A DNA stretch of 61,910 bases, filler included. It is 5 parts of 5 records of this genome, joined end to end, with 100 filler letters (N's around TTAATTAATTAA, not from the genome) between each part and the next. Parts side by side here need not be neighbours in the genome. Positions count along the whole stretch, not along the records: positions 44,308 to 56,546 come from DRR378314_2361; positions 56,647 to 61,910 come from DRR378314_2390; 3 more parts are not named here. One strand, written 5' to 3'. The notes under the pieces are model-generated. The model saw nothing but the letters and a program-made list of their open reading frames with translations, did no database searches and was not told the DNA's origin. Every line of letters starts with the position of its first letter. Position 1 is the first letter of the stretch. Positions 50,622 to 60,363 of the stretch are shown here, piece by piece. The translations under genes were made by a program, and so were the position numbers.

Positions 50622-51644
50622 ATGTCCGCGAACCCCATCGACGGCTTTCAGATTGATCCGGCATCCCTGCGATATGTGGGTCAGGACCTACAGCGTCCCG
50701 AGTGTATACTGGCGGAACGTGGCGGGTCACTTTGGTCGGCGGATGCGCGTGGCGGGGTGATGCACATCAGGCCGGACGGGAGCCAATCCCTGATCACGCA
50801 GAACATCAAGGATGACTTCGCAACCTCGAAAAATGAAGCAGACCGTTTCACCCAAGGCACATTGCCCAACGGGCTTGCCTTTGCCCAAAGCGGTGACATT
50901 CTGATCGCAAACTTTGGCACCGACTGCCTTGAAATCATGACGCGCAGTGGTGAAAGCCGGGTCTTGCATGATCAGATCAACGGGCGCGCGATTGGCAAAG
51001 TGAACTTTGTTCTGCGCGACAGCAAAGGGCGAATGTGGCTGACCGTCTCGACAACCATACCCAACTGGATGCAGGCGGTTTCACCCAGTCTTGCGGATGG
51101 TTTTGTGGCGCTGGCGGATGAAAACGGCTTGCGCATCGTGGCAGAAGGGTTTGCCTTCACCAATGAAATCCGCCTCGATGCGAAGGAAGAGTGGCTGTAT
51201 GTCGTGGAAACCACCGGCATGCGCATTACCCGTCTGCGGGTGGCTCCTGATGGCAGCCTGACGGATCGCGAAATCTTCGGGCCGCGAAGCCACGGCAGCT
51301 TTATTGACGGTATCGCCTTTGATTCCTTTGGTAATCTCTGGGGCACCCATATTTTCACGGATCACATTTTTGCCCTGACACCCGAGGGTGATATGCGGAT
51401 TTTGCTGGATGATGATCATGGATCAGCTGAAGGTAAAGCGCTGATGGCAGCATTCAAGCAGGACGCGGTGACCCCGGAATTGCAACTGGCCTGCGGCGGA
51501 GAAATCGCACCGTGGATGGCAAGCGTTACTTTCGGTGGCCCTGACCTTCGGACCGTTTACATCGGCAGCCTGCGTGGCACGTCGATTCCTTACTTCAGAT
51601 CACCGGTTGCCGGTCTGCCTATGGCCCATTGGCACGATGTCTGA
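50622..51644 (+). CDS. SMP-30/gluconolactonase/LRE-family beta-propeller hydrolase
   Basis: RPECIL, PNGLAF, VNFV, FTNEI, DGIAFD and SVTFGGPDLRTVY. Confidence 0.9.
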   Translation: MSANPIDGFQIDPASLRYVGQDLQRPECILAERGGSLWSADARGGVMHIRPDGSQSLITQNIKDDFATSKNEADRFTQGTLPNGLAFAQSGDILIANFGTDCLEIMTRSGESRVLHDQINGRAIGKVNFVLRDSKGRMWLTVSTTIPNWMQAVSPSLADGFVALADENGLRIVAEGFAFTNEIRLDAKEEWLYVVETTGMRITRLRVAPDGSLTDREIFGPRSHGSFIDGIAFDSFGNLWGTHIFTDHIFALTPEGDMRILLDDDHGSAEGKALMAAFKQDAVTPELQLACGGEIAPWMASVTFGGPDLRTVYIGSLRGTSIPYFRSPVAGLPMAHWHDV

Positions 51645-51821
51645 TCGTGATGGCGCGGCAGAGGATTGTCTTTGCCGGGTTGAATACAGCGCGCGGCGGG
51701 GCGGGCTGACCTGGAAAAAAGGCGATAATAGTTGACCCGCACCGTTGTCTGTTTCTAGCTTGTTACAAAGCACGCGTATGTCCGCGCCTGTTGACACAAG
51801 CATTCGACCTTGGGGGTTCAC

Positions 51822-53306
51822 ATGATGCATATTCACAAATCACTTCAATTCACCGCTTTTGCGATGGCGCTTGGCTTCAGTGTAACTGCGGCCCATGCCG
51901 CCGACCTTGTGATCGGTATGCAGCAGGAACCAACGTCACTGGACCCGACATCCGACGCGACAGCCTCCATTGACGGGATGATGACCCAGAACGTCTATGA
52001 ATCGCTGACCATTGTGGCTGAAAACGGCGAAGTGCAGCCAAACCTGGCCACCTCCTGGGAGGTGTCAGAGGATGGGTTGACCTATACCTTTACGCTGACA
52101 GATGCCGCGCAGTTTCATGACGGCACCGCCTTTGATTCCGAAGATGTCCTGTTCTCCTTCAACCGCGCCATGGCCGAGGACAGTGTGAACCCCTCAAAGG
52201 GCATTTTTAAACCCATTGAAAGTGTCACGGCACCTGACGCCCGAACGGTGCAGATCAAGCTCAAGAACAAGGATGCGTTCTTCCTGTTCAACATGGGGCA
52301 GGGCGATAGTGCCATTGTTGCGGCTGAATCGGTGGAGACCAACAACGCCACGCCGGTGGGCACAGGTCCGTTCAAGTTCGACAGCTGGACACGCGGCGAC
52401 CGTTTGACGATGGTCAAAAACCCCGATCACCGCGATGCTGCTTCTGTGGCGCTGGATAAGGTGACCTATCGTTTCATTTCTGACCCTGCGGCAGCCACGG
52501 CTGCGATGATGGCCGAAGAACTGGACGCCTTCCCCGGTTTCCCGGCACCGGAATTGCTGGAACAGTTCGAGGCCGATCCACGGTTCCGCGTGAATCTGGG
52601 CAGCACCGAAGGCGAAGTGATCTTGGCGATGAACAATGCCAAGGCGCCGTTTGACAATATCGAAGTGCGCCGCGCCGTTTCCACAGCCATCAACCGTGAC
52701 GAGATCATCGACGGTGCCATGTATGGCAAGGCGACCCCCATCGGCAGCTTTTACCCGCCCCACGGCAAGGCCTATGTCGACCTGACCGGCGCTTATCCAA
52801 CGGATTCAGCCAAGGCGAAAGAGATGTTTGAAGCGGCTGGCGTTGCAGGCACCACGATGACCCTGCGCGTACCGCCGTTTCCCTATGCGACACGTTCGGC
52901 AGAGATCATTCAGGCACAGCTTGCAGATGCGGGCATTGATGCCAAGGTTGAAAATGTCGAATGGGGCTTCTGGATTGACGAGATCTACAAGAAACAGAAC
53001 TACGACATGACGATCATCGCCCATACCAGCCCCAATGACATGGGCAACTTTGCCCGCGGGCCCAAGTATTTCTACGGCTATGATGATCCGAAAATGACCG
53101 CCCTGTGGGAGAATATTTCCACCGAGGCGGATGCGGACAAGCGCGATATGCTGTTGAAAGAAGGCCAGCAGTATCTGTCCGATCAAGCGGTGCATGGTTT
53201 CCTGTTCCAGCTGCCACTGCTGGGTGTGTTCCGTACCGAGGTGCAGGGATATTGGTCCTCTGCGCCGGTGCTCTACACGCCGTTGAAAGGTGTATCCAAA
53301 GGTTGA
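51822..53306 (+). CDS. ABC transporter substrate-binding protein, family 5 (Dpp/Opp)
   Basis: Signal peptide, EPTSLDP, PNLATSWEVS, FHDG and PVGTGPFKF. Confidence 0.94.
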   Translation: MMHIHKSLQFTAFAMALGFSVTAAHAADLVIGMQQEPTSLDPTSDATASIDGMMTQNVYESLTIVAENGEVQPNLATSWEVSEDGLTYTFTLTDAAQFHDGTAFDSEDVLFSFNRAMAEDSVNPSKGIFKPIESVTAPDARTVQIKLKNKDAFFLFNMGQGDSAIVAAESVETNNATPVGTGPFKFDSWTRGDRLTMVKNPDHRDAASVALDKVTYRFISDPAAATAAMMAEELDAFPGFPAPELLEQFEADPRFRVNLGSTEGEVILAMNNAKAPFDNIEVRRAVSTAINRDEIIDGAMYGKATPIGSFYPPHGKAYVDLTGAYPTDSAKAKEMFEAAGVAGTTMTLRVPPFPYATRSAEIIQAQLADAGIDAKVENVEWGFWIDEIYKKQNYDMTIIAHTSPNDMGNFARGPKYFYGYDDPKMTALWENISTEADADKRDMLLKEGQQYLSDQAVHGFLFQLPLLGVFRTEVQGYWSSAPVLYTPLKGVSKG

Positions 53307-53319
53307 AACACCACCTGAA

Positions 53320-53344
53320 AGCGGAGGGGGCAACCCCTCCCGCT
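53320..53344 (+). other. Intercistronic stem-loop after the SBP gene
   Basis: GCGGAGGGG-GCAA-CCCCTCCCGC with no U-tract; likely an mRNA-stabilising hairpin. Confidence 0.5.
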
Positions 53345-53358
53345 GGGCGATACCTTTT

Positions 53359-54303
53359 ATGAGCTATTTTCTGTTGCGCCGGACAATCGGCTTTCTGGCA
53401 ACGTTGATTGCCGTGTCGATAGTTGTATTTGCGGTGATGAATGTGCTGCCGGGCGATCCGGCGTTGACCATTCTGGGGCTGGACGCAACCGATGATGCAT
53501 TGGCCGCGCTGCGCGAAGACCTGGGTCTGAACGATCCGCTGCTGAGCCGCTATTTCGCTTGGGTGGGCGGGGCGCTTGTCGGCGATTTGGGCATCAGTCA
53601 TTCTTTCCGCGTACCCGTAGCAGAGCTGATCGCAGAACGCCTGCCGATGACCATCTCACTGGCGGTTGCGGGCATGATCGTTACCTTGATGATCGCACTG
53701 AGCGTCGGCATCTATGCGGCGTCCCATCATGGCAAAGCAGGGGATTGGGCGACGATGTTCCTTAGCCAGCTGGGCATCGCGGTACCGGCCTTCTGGCTGT
53801 CGATCCTGCTGGTGCTTTTGTTTGCGGTCAACCTGCGCTGGCTGCCGCCCGGTGGCTTTGCGGGCTGGTCTGATCCGCTGGCCGCAATACGATCATTGAT
53901 CCTGCCAACGGTGGCGCTGGCACTTGTGCAATCTGCGGTACTGGCGCGGGTCACCCGATCCTCTGCACTTGAAGTCATGCGTCAGGATTTCACCCGCACT
54001 GCCCGCGCTTCCGGCCTGTCGCAGCGGCGTATCCTGTGGCGGCATGTGCTGCCCAATGCTCTGGTGCCGATTATCACGATTGTGGGGATGCAGTTTGCTG
54101 CCCTTGTTACCGGTACCATCGTCATCGAAAACGTTTTCTATCTGCCCGGTCTGGGACGGCTGATTTTCCAATCCATTGCCAATCGCGACCTGCCTACCGT
54201 GCAGGCGCTGGTGATGCTCTTTGCGGTCATTGTGGTGACGGCCAACTTTATCGTTGATCTGCTTTATGTGCTGATCGATCCGCGTCTGAAGGCCCGCAAA
54301 TGA
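53359..54303 (+). CDS. ABC permease (DppB-like)
   Basis: LPGDPA, GDLGIS, ERLPMT, PAFW, TARASG and PGLGRL...RDLP. Confidence 0.93.
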   Translation: MSYFLLRRTIGFLATLIAVSIVVFAVMNVLPGDPALTILGLDATDDALAALREDLGLNDPLLSRYFAWVGGALVGDLGISHSFRVPVAELIAERLPMTISLAVAGMIVTLMIALSVGIYAASHHGKAGDWATMFLSQLGIAVPAFWLSILLVLLFAVNLRWLPPGGFAGWSDPLAAIRSLILPTVALALVQSAVLARVTRSSALEVMRQDFTRTARASGLSQRRILWRHVLPNALVPIITIVGMQFAALVTGTIVIENVFYLPGLGRLIFQSIANRDLPTVQALVMLFAVIVVTANFIVDLLYVLIDPRLKARK

Positions 54304-55118
54304 AGCGACTTCCGGCAAATTTCATGATCGGGGCCATTTTGGTCACGCTGGTTGTCGGGGTGGCGGCCCTGTCGCTGATCTGGACCCCACATGACCCAAC
54401 CGATCTGAACATTCGCGGCAAATTTGGTCCGCCTACCAGCGTGAACTGGCTTGGGACCGATCAGCTGGGCCGCGACATCGTCAGCCAGTTGATGGCGGCG
54501 GCGCGCAATTCGATGACTGTTGCCCTTGTTGCGGTGCTGCTGGGGGGATCCATTGGGGTGGCCCTTGGTCTGCTGGCATCAGCGATTGGCGGCTGGGTTG
54601 AGGATATCGTGATGCGGCTGGCCGATCTTGGCTTTGCCTTCCCTGCGCTCTTGTTTGCCATCATGCTGGCAGCGGTCTTTGGTCCCTCACTGACCAATGC
54701 GGTGCTTGCCATTGCTTTTATCAACATCCCGATTTTCGCCCGTGTCGCGCGGGCTTCGGCCAATCAGGTCTGGACCCGCGAATATGTGCTGGCGGCGCGG
54801 GCGGCAGGGATGAACAAGCTGGTCATCACCCGCGATCATATCCTGCCCAATATCGCCGCTGCTGTGATCGTTCAGGCCACCATTGAATTTGCTGTCGCCA
54901 TTCTGGCCGAGGCGGCGCTGTCCTATCTGGGGCTTGGCGCACAGCCGCCTGCCTCAAGCTGGGGGCGGATGTTATCCGAGGCGCAAACGCTGATGTACCT
55001 TGCACCCGAACTGGCGATCTATCCCGGTCTGTGCATTGTGACGGCGGTTTTGGGCTTTGGCCTGCTTGGGGACGGGTTGCGCGACATCACTGATCCGCGA
55101 CTGGCGAGGGCACGCTGA
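54300..55118 (+). CDS. ABC permease (DppC-like)
   Basis: LGTDQLGRD, EYVLAARAAG, HILPN and LSYLGLG...SWGRML. Confidence 0.93.
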   Translation: MKRLPANFMIGAILVTLVVGVAALSLIWTPHDPTDLNIRGKFGPPTSVNWLGTDQLGRDIVSQLMAAARNSMTVALVAVLLGGSIGVALGLLASAIGGWVEDIVMRLADLGFAFPALLFAIMLAAVFGPSLTNAVLAIAFINIPIFARVARASANQVWTREYVLAARAAGMNKLVITRDHILPNIAAAVIVQATIEFAVAILAEAALSYLGLGAQPPASSWGRMLSEAQTLMYLAPELAIYPGLCIVTAVLGFGLLGDGLRDITDPRLARAR

Positions 55119-55119
55119 T

Positions 55120-56082
55120 ATGTTCGAGATGGATCATATGACTGTGCGCTTTCCCAAAGGGGAGGCCCTGCGCGCAGCAAGCATGCGCATTGCACCCGGC
55201 GACCGGATGGGGATTGTCGGTGAAAGTGGTTCTGGCAAATCCCTGTTGGCGGCCTGTCTGATGGGGATGGTGCCGGAAAGTGCAGAGCTAAGCGGCAGCC
55301 TGACCATTGACGGTGCCGATATGACCCATGTGCCAGAGGATATCTGGCAAACCATTCGTGCGCGCCGTGCGGCGATGATATTTCAGGAACCGATGTCGGC
55401 GCTTAACCCCCTGCGCCGTGTCGGTGACACGGTGGCCGAACCCATGCGGGTGCATCTGGGGCTTGGCAAAGCGCAAGCGCGCGCGCGTGTTGTTGAGCTT
55501 TTCGAGGAAGTTGGCATTCCCGATCCCGCCGCACGTCTCAGGATGTTTCCCCACGAGCTGTCCGGTGGCCAGCGGCAACGTGTGTTGATTGCGCTGGCGC
55601 TGGCCTGTGACCCGGAGCTGCTGATTGCCGATGAACCCACCACCGCGCTGGACGCAAATGTCGCGCTCAAGATTACCGATCTGTTGGTGCATCTCAGCCA
55701 GTCGCGCAACATGGCGCTGGTGTTTATCAGTCACGACCTTGCCGCCGTGGCCCGCGCCACCACCGAGATTGCGGTGATGTATGGGGGGGACATTGTTGAA
55801 CGGGGAAAAACCGATGAGGTGCTCAGCAATCCGGTGCATCCCTATACCCGTGGGTTGCTGGCCGCCCGCCCTGATCCGCGCGCCGTTCCGCGTGATGCGG
55901 AAGGCCGTCGTCGTCGCTTGCCAACCATTCCCGGCACGGTGCCGCAGCTCAGGGAACTGCCGCAAGGTTGCCGTTTTGCCGGGCGTTGCGCGCTGGAGCG
56001 CAGCGAATGCGCCACCGTCAAACCCATGCCTGTGAGCCCCCGTGCAGTGACCTGTCATGTGGTGGCGGAGGAAAGCCCATGA
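55120..56082 (+). CDS. ABC ATPase (DppD-like)
   Basis: GESGSGKS, FQEPMSALNP, LSGGQRQR, DEPTTALD, HPYT and GCRFAGRC. Confidence 0.93.
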   Translation: MFEMDHMTVRFPKGEALRAASMRIAPGDRMGIVGESGSGKSLLAACLMGMVPESAELSGSLTIDGADMTHVPEDIWQTIRARRAAMIFQEPMSALNPLRRVGDTVAEPMRVHLGLGKAQARARVVELFEEVGIPDPAARLRMFPHELSGGQRQRVLIALALACDPELLIADEPTTALDANVALKITDLLVHLSQSRNMALVFISHDLAAVARATTEIAVMYGGDIVERGKTDEVLSNPVHPYTRGLLAARPDPRAVPRDAEGRRRRLPTIPGTVPQLRELPQGCRFAGRCALERSECATVKPMPVSPRAVTCHVVAEESP

Positions 56083-56546
56083 CCCTGTTACAGGCACAGG
56101 GGCTGACCCGCCGTTACAAGCTACCCCGTACCACGGTGTTTGGGGCCGCCCCGGTATTGACGGCGGTTGCAGATGTCAGTTTTGACATCACTGCCGGGCA
56201 GACCCTTGGGGTGGTGGGCGAAAGCGGCTCTGGCAAATCCACCCTCGCGAAGATGGCGATGGCGTTTGAAGCGCCGGACGCGGGCCAGATCCTGTTTGAA
56301 GGGCAGGATATTCACGCCCTTGGCGCTGCGGATTTGCGCCGCCTGCGGCCTGATTTCCAGATGATCTTTCAAGACCCGTTCAGTTCGCTTGATCCCCGCC
56401 GCAAGGTTGGCTGGTCCATCGCGGAACCACTGCGTGCCATGGGGCAAACCGCGCCGGACCGCGTGGCCGAGGCCTTTGAACAGGTTGGGTTACACCCGGC
56501 GGACGGCGATAAATATCCGCATGAGTTTTCCGGCGGCCAGCGCCAG
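56079..56546 (+). CDS. ABC ATPase (DppF-like), 3'-truncated by the contig end
   Basis: GESGSGKST, FQDPFSSLDPR and YPHEFSGGQRQ. Confidence 0.9.
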
Positions 56547-56646
56547 NNNNNNNNNNNNNNNNNNNNNNNNNNNNNNNNNNNNNNNNNNNNTTAATTAATT
56601 AANNNNNNNNNNNNNNNNNNNNNNNNNNNNNNNNNNNNNNNNNNNN
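56547..56646. other. Artificial contig linker
   Basis: N44-TTAATTAATTAA-N44. Confidence 0.99.
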
Positions 56647-56796
56647 GGCGCCGATGCGCGTCCGGTTCGCACGTTGTTTCGTTGCGGCGTGAGCGTTCTC
56701 ACCTCCCGCATTAGCGCCCTCGCACCGTGCCTCAACGTCCTGCTTGCGCCCGGCTTGCCCTGGTTTTCATCTCTGTTTGACGTTGTTGGTGTGCAG

Positions 56797-59700
56797 ATAC
56801 CGAGCATACGCTGGCGAATTATCTCGCGCACCTTGGCGCGAGCTTCGAGGTGTACGCCGAGTACCTCGCCAACCTCCCGCTCGCGCTGGAACATCTGAAG
56901 CGGCTGCAGGCGGTGGAGACGTTTGCAAACTTTGAGCAGGCGGCGTCCGGCCACCTCTCCAAGATCGGCTCCGTGCCGCTGGGCAACGTTCTCAAGGTGC
57001 GCCGCCGGTTCTCGCAGGTCGAAGAAGCGCATGTGGGACATGATCGCTTCGCAGCAACGTTTCATCTGCAGGCGAGTCCTTCAGCGGCGCTTTTGTCGCT
57101 GTGTTTTGGTGAGACGGCATCGCAATCTATCACACAAGCAGAGAATAACCTTTGTCTCTTGACGACTGTGTCTTGACGCAGCTGTTGTTTTCATCATGTT
57201 TGCGCTAGTGTTTCGCTTACGTCGTTGTGGCTACTGGGGCACTTGTGCGCTACTTCCCACCAATGCGCCACGAGCTGAAGAGCCGGGTCAACGCGCGATG
57301 AAGCACTAGTATGGAATCCTAGTAATACGGATCGATCAGCAATTGCATCTCATGCCTGTGCTCCGCTCCTCGTCGTCGTGCGTTTGTACGGATTTTTCCT
57401 GTTGGTTGCGCGGGCTGTCTCTTGCAGCTGCCGCACGCGCGCACGATGCAGTACAGCGCTATCACGGAGCGATTGTTGGCGCTGACGCCAGAGTCGCACC
57501 CGGAGCGGAAAGACCTCGAAGTGGCAAACCAGTGCTTTGATGCGGGACGGAAAATGGTCGTCACGAAGCGCACAGAGAGCGACCAGCGGATGAAAGTTCA
57601 TGATTTGGCGCGGTTCATTTTCAGCGCGGAGACCACCGAGGTCGTCGGGTCGGAGGACCGCCGCCTGCTCTACGCGGGGCACCTGCTCAAGAACGAGAAG
57701 AAGCGGCGCCCGCGCCCCGCGTACCTCTTCTCCGACGCCCTGATGCGCGCCAAAATCCACGACAAGCTGAAAGAGAAGGGGCAAAAGTAAGGCTGCGTGG
57801 GCAAAATGACAGGGGTGCCTTCTTGCGCTCGCCGTCGGGCAACGATGCAGCGCTTGTTGTGCGCGACAGAGGGCGAGCGCGAGCAGCTGGAAGCTTGCTT
57901 TTTGCTCCGTTTTACTTCATTTCGAGGAAACAGCACAGCAAGGAATGCTTTTCCTTCCGCAGCCATATCGTGAGGCTCCGGCAGTAGCTTGCCGCGTGTC
58001 CTGGTTTTTCCATCAGGTCGCAGCAGTTGTATATCCTCCCTCCCCTTGAGATATCTCCTTAGCCGCTCTTTCCCGTCCTTTTGTTTTCGCGCGTCTCCGC
58101 AGGTACATCGAGTTCAAGAATTTTATTCCGCTCCGCCGAGCGCGCGTCGTTGCTCTTACGACCGGAAAGGACCCCGGCTTCGAGCTCACGCCGGCCGAAG
58201 GAAAGAAGTGGGTATTTTACTGCGCGAGCGTCGAAGAAAAGGATGCGTGGGTGAATCGCCTGCAGGAGACGATCGTTGCCATTATGAACAAGGACTTTGA
58301 GCGCTCGAAGTACGTTGATGGCGCTGGTTTGTGTATGTGTGCGTGTACATCCGCTTTGCGGGCACGTAGCGTGCACCCCTATATTACAGTCGCCATTCCG
58401 CATGTTCGCGTCCTCGCGCGTCCATGCTGTGGTCTTGGTTAAGCGGGAAGGTATTTTTGCTCCCTTGCGAGGCTGTCTGTACCTGGGCGTGAAAGCGCCC
58501 TGCGGTGCTGTGCCGGTGTTTAGTGACAAGAGCTCGTACCTTTGCGATGCGAGTGCTATCATGGCATGGGTGTGTGCATCCTTATGCGGTTCTGGATGTG
58601 TGTCTGTGGTTCGTGCGCATCGCGTCATGTAGGTCGGGGCAGCCGCACATGGGCGCGCTGAAGGGAATTTCTTTCCACCAGGCAACAGAGGCTGTGCAGC
58701 GCACGATGCGAATCCGCGAGACGCCGATGAATGAGACGCTCACAGCGGCGAGCGGGCGCGAGGTACGGCGTTGGGCACTGCTAGGGCCGCGATTGTTAGC
58801 ATAGCGTCATCTGTCGCGCGGTTGCTTCCCATCGCGTCACTCGCAACGTGAATAAGCTGACGGAGGTGAGCTTGTGCTCTGGATTTTCCTTTCCCATGCA
58901 GTCGACGCATTTGAATCAGAATGTGTTGGATGGCCTGCTCGACGGCGACGATTTGGACGGTGTCCCCGCCTCGCCCACGCCGAAGGACGAGAGCGCGGCG
59001 CCGGGTGGCGCGGCTGCCGCCGCTCCCGCCAAGGCGGAGGCGCCCGCGTCGATGCCGCCGAGCCTGGGCGGGCCGCCCTCGCTTGGCGCAGCGGACTCGG
59101 CGACGGCGCCCGAGAGCGCCGCACCGGCCGCCGCGCCCGCGCCGCAGGAAGCTCCCAAGGAGCCAGCCGCACCAGCCGCGCCCGTGCCTACTGCGGTGGC
59201 CGCGCCCGCGCCCGCGCCTGCCGCGGTGGCTGCGCCCGCGCCTGCTGCGGTGGCTGCGCCCGCTGGAGCGATCGCGGACCGTGGCGCCGCACCAGCCGCT
59301 GCTCCGCGTGCGCAGGCACCATCGGAAGCCAGCCAGACAGCCGCGGCGCCGTCAGCTGCCGCCACAGCGCCGCCGACCCCTGCACTGACCGGCAACGAGG
59401 ACGTGGCGACGCTCTGCGCGCGCGCTCGTCGGCACTACATGGAAGAGAACTACCGCGAGGCGCTCCAGATGTACCAGCTCGCAGTGAACAAAGAGCCAAA
59501 CAACGCCGAGGTGCTGGCGGGCGTTGCGTTTGTGTACCAAGCCAAGAAAAAGTACAACCACGCCATCAATTTCTTCCGCCAGTCGATTGCGATCCAGGGC
59601 CCGGGGAATGCCACGGTGATGCTCGCGCTCGCCTCTGCGCTTGAGGACTCCGGGGACGGCGAGGGCGCACGCGCGATCCGCGCCGAGCTCGCCCGCTCGC

Positions 59701-59939
59701 GCCAGACCGCGAGCGTCCCCGCGCCGGGCGGAAGCGGGTCGGCGTTGTCGCCGCCTCCCGGCGCGGCCGGGCGCGCGCACTCGCACTCGTTCGTCGCGGG
59801 GACGCCCCACGCCGGGCCCGCCGAGGCGCCGCCGCCCGCGCCGGGCGCCGCCTCGGGCCCGCAAATGCGCCGCGCGTCGACGGCGCGCGACCCGAGCGTT
59901 CAGGCAAAGCCTGACTCACTATTTTCGATTACAATGTAA
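56797..59939 (+). CDS. RhoGEF-like DH-PH protein with Ala/Pro linker and TPR repeats, 5'-truncated, spliced
   Basis: Phase-consistent GT-AG exons 56797-56996, 57428-57786, 58103-58309, 58633-58762, 58902-59939. DH: FEVYAEY, LKLPHARTMQY...LLALTPESHPERKDL. PH: YLFSD, SVEEKDAWV. TPR: YREALQMYQLAVNKEPNNAEVL, YNHAINFFRQSIAI. Confidence 0.8.
59193..59265 (+). repeat. Coding minisatellite, about three copies of AVAAPA(PA)
   Basis: gcggtggc(c/t)gcgcccgc units in tandem. Confidence 0.7.
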
Positions 59940-60363
59940 GACGTGCTGGTAGCGACTGCAAATACGAGAGCTCGCCGCGCGCGCGAACGGTGCACGGTGC
60001 CGCCGCGAGCCCCGCTGGCGTATCGTGTGTGCGCACGCGGAACGCGACGAGCGGCGATGCCGCACGGCAGCGCGCTACTACGGTTTGCCTATACCTATTT
60101 TGTTTTCGTCTCCAATCCGAGATCCTTTAATCTACCGCTTAAGTTCCGTTTTTAGTACGAAAGGAATATATGGATCTGCGTTCCACACTGTCGGAGCCAC
60201 CTCGGTGTGCTGCCGTGGACAACCGGGAGCTGCCACGCAGCAGCGAAAGGAGACAGCCCGCTGTGCGTTCCAGGGTACATACATTTCCGCACCGCGCTCT
60301 CACCCTCGCACAGGCGCGCGTGCAACATTCAAACAAGGCAAAATATACGGTACCAATGCGCGT

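Noticed and set aside
51645-51821. Riboswitch upstream of the ABC binding-protein gene
   Set aside because: No TPP, cobalamin, SAM or glycine consensus recognisable by eye; an Infernal/Rfam scan would be needed to exclude it fully
8545-56546. Large bacterial-to-eukaryote horizontal transfer or endosymbiont insertion
   Set aside because: Every bacterial/eukaryotic junction is an artificial linker, and the bacterial genes are intact, operonic and intron-free
58874-59919. Overlapping Arg-rich ORFs in alternative frames
   Set aside because: By-products of very GC-rich Ala/Pro coding sequence
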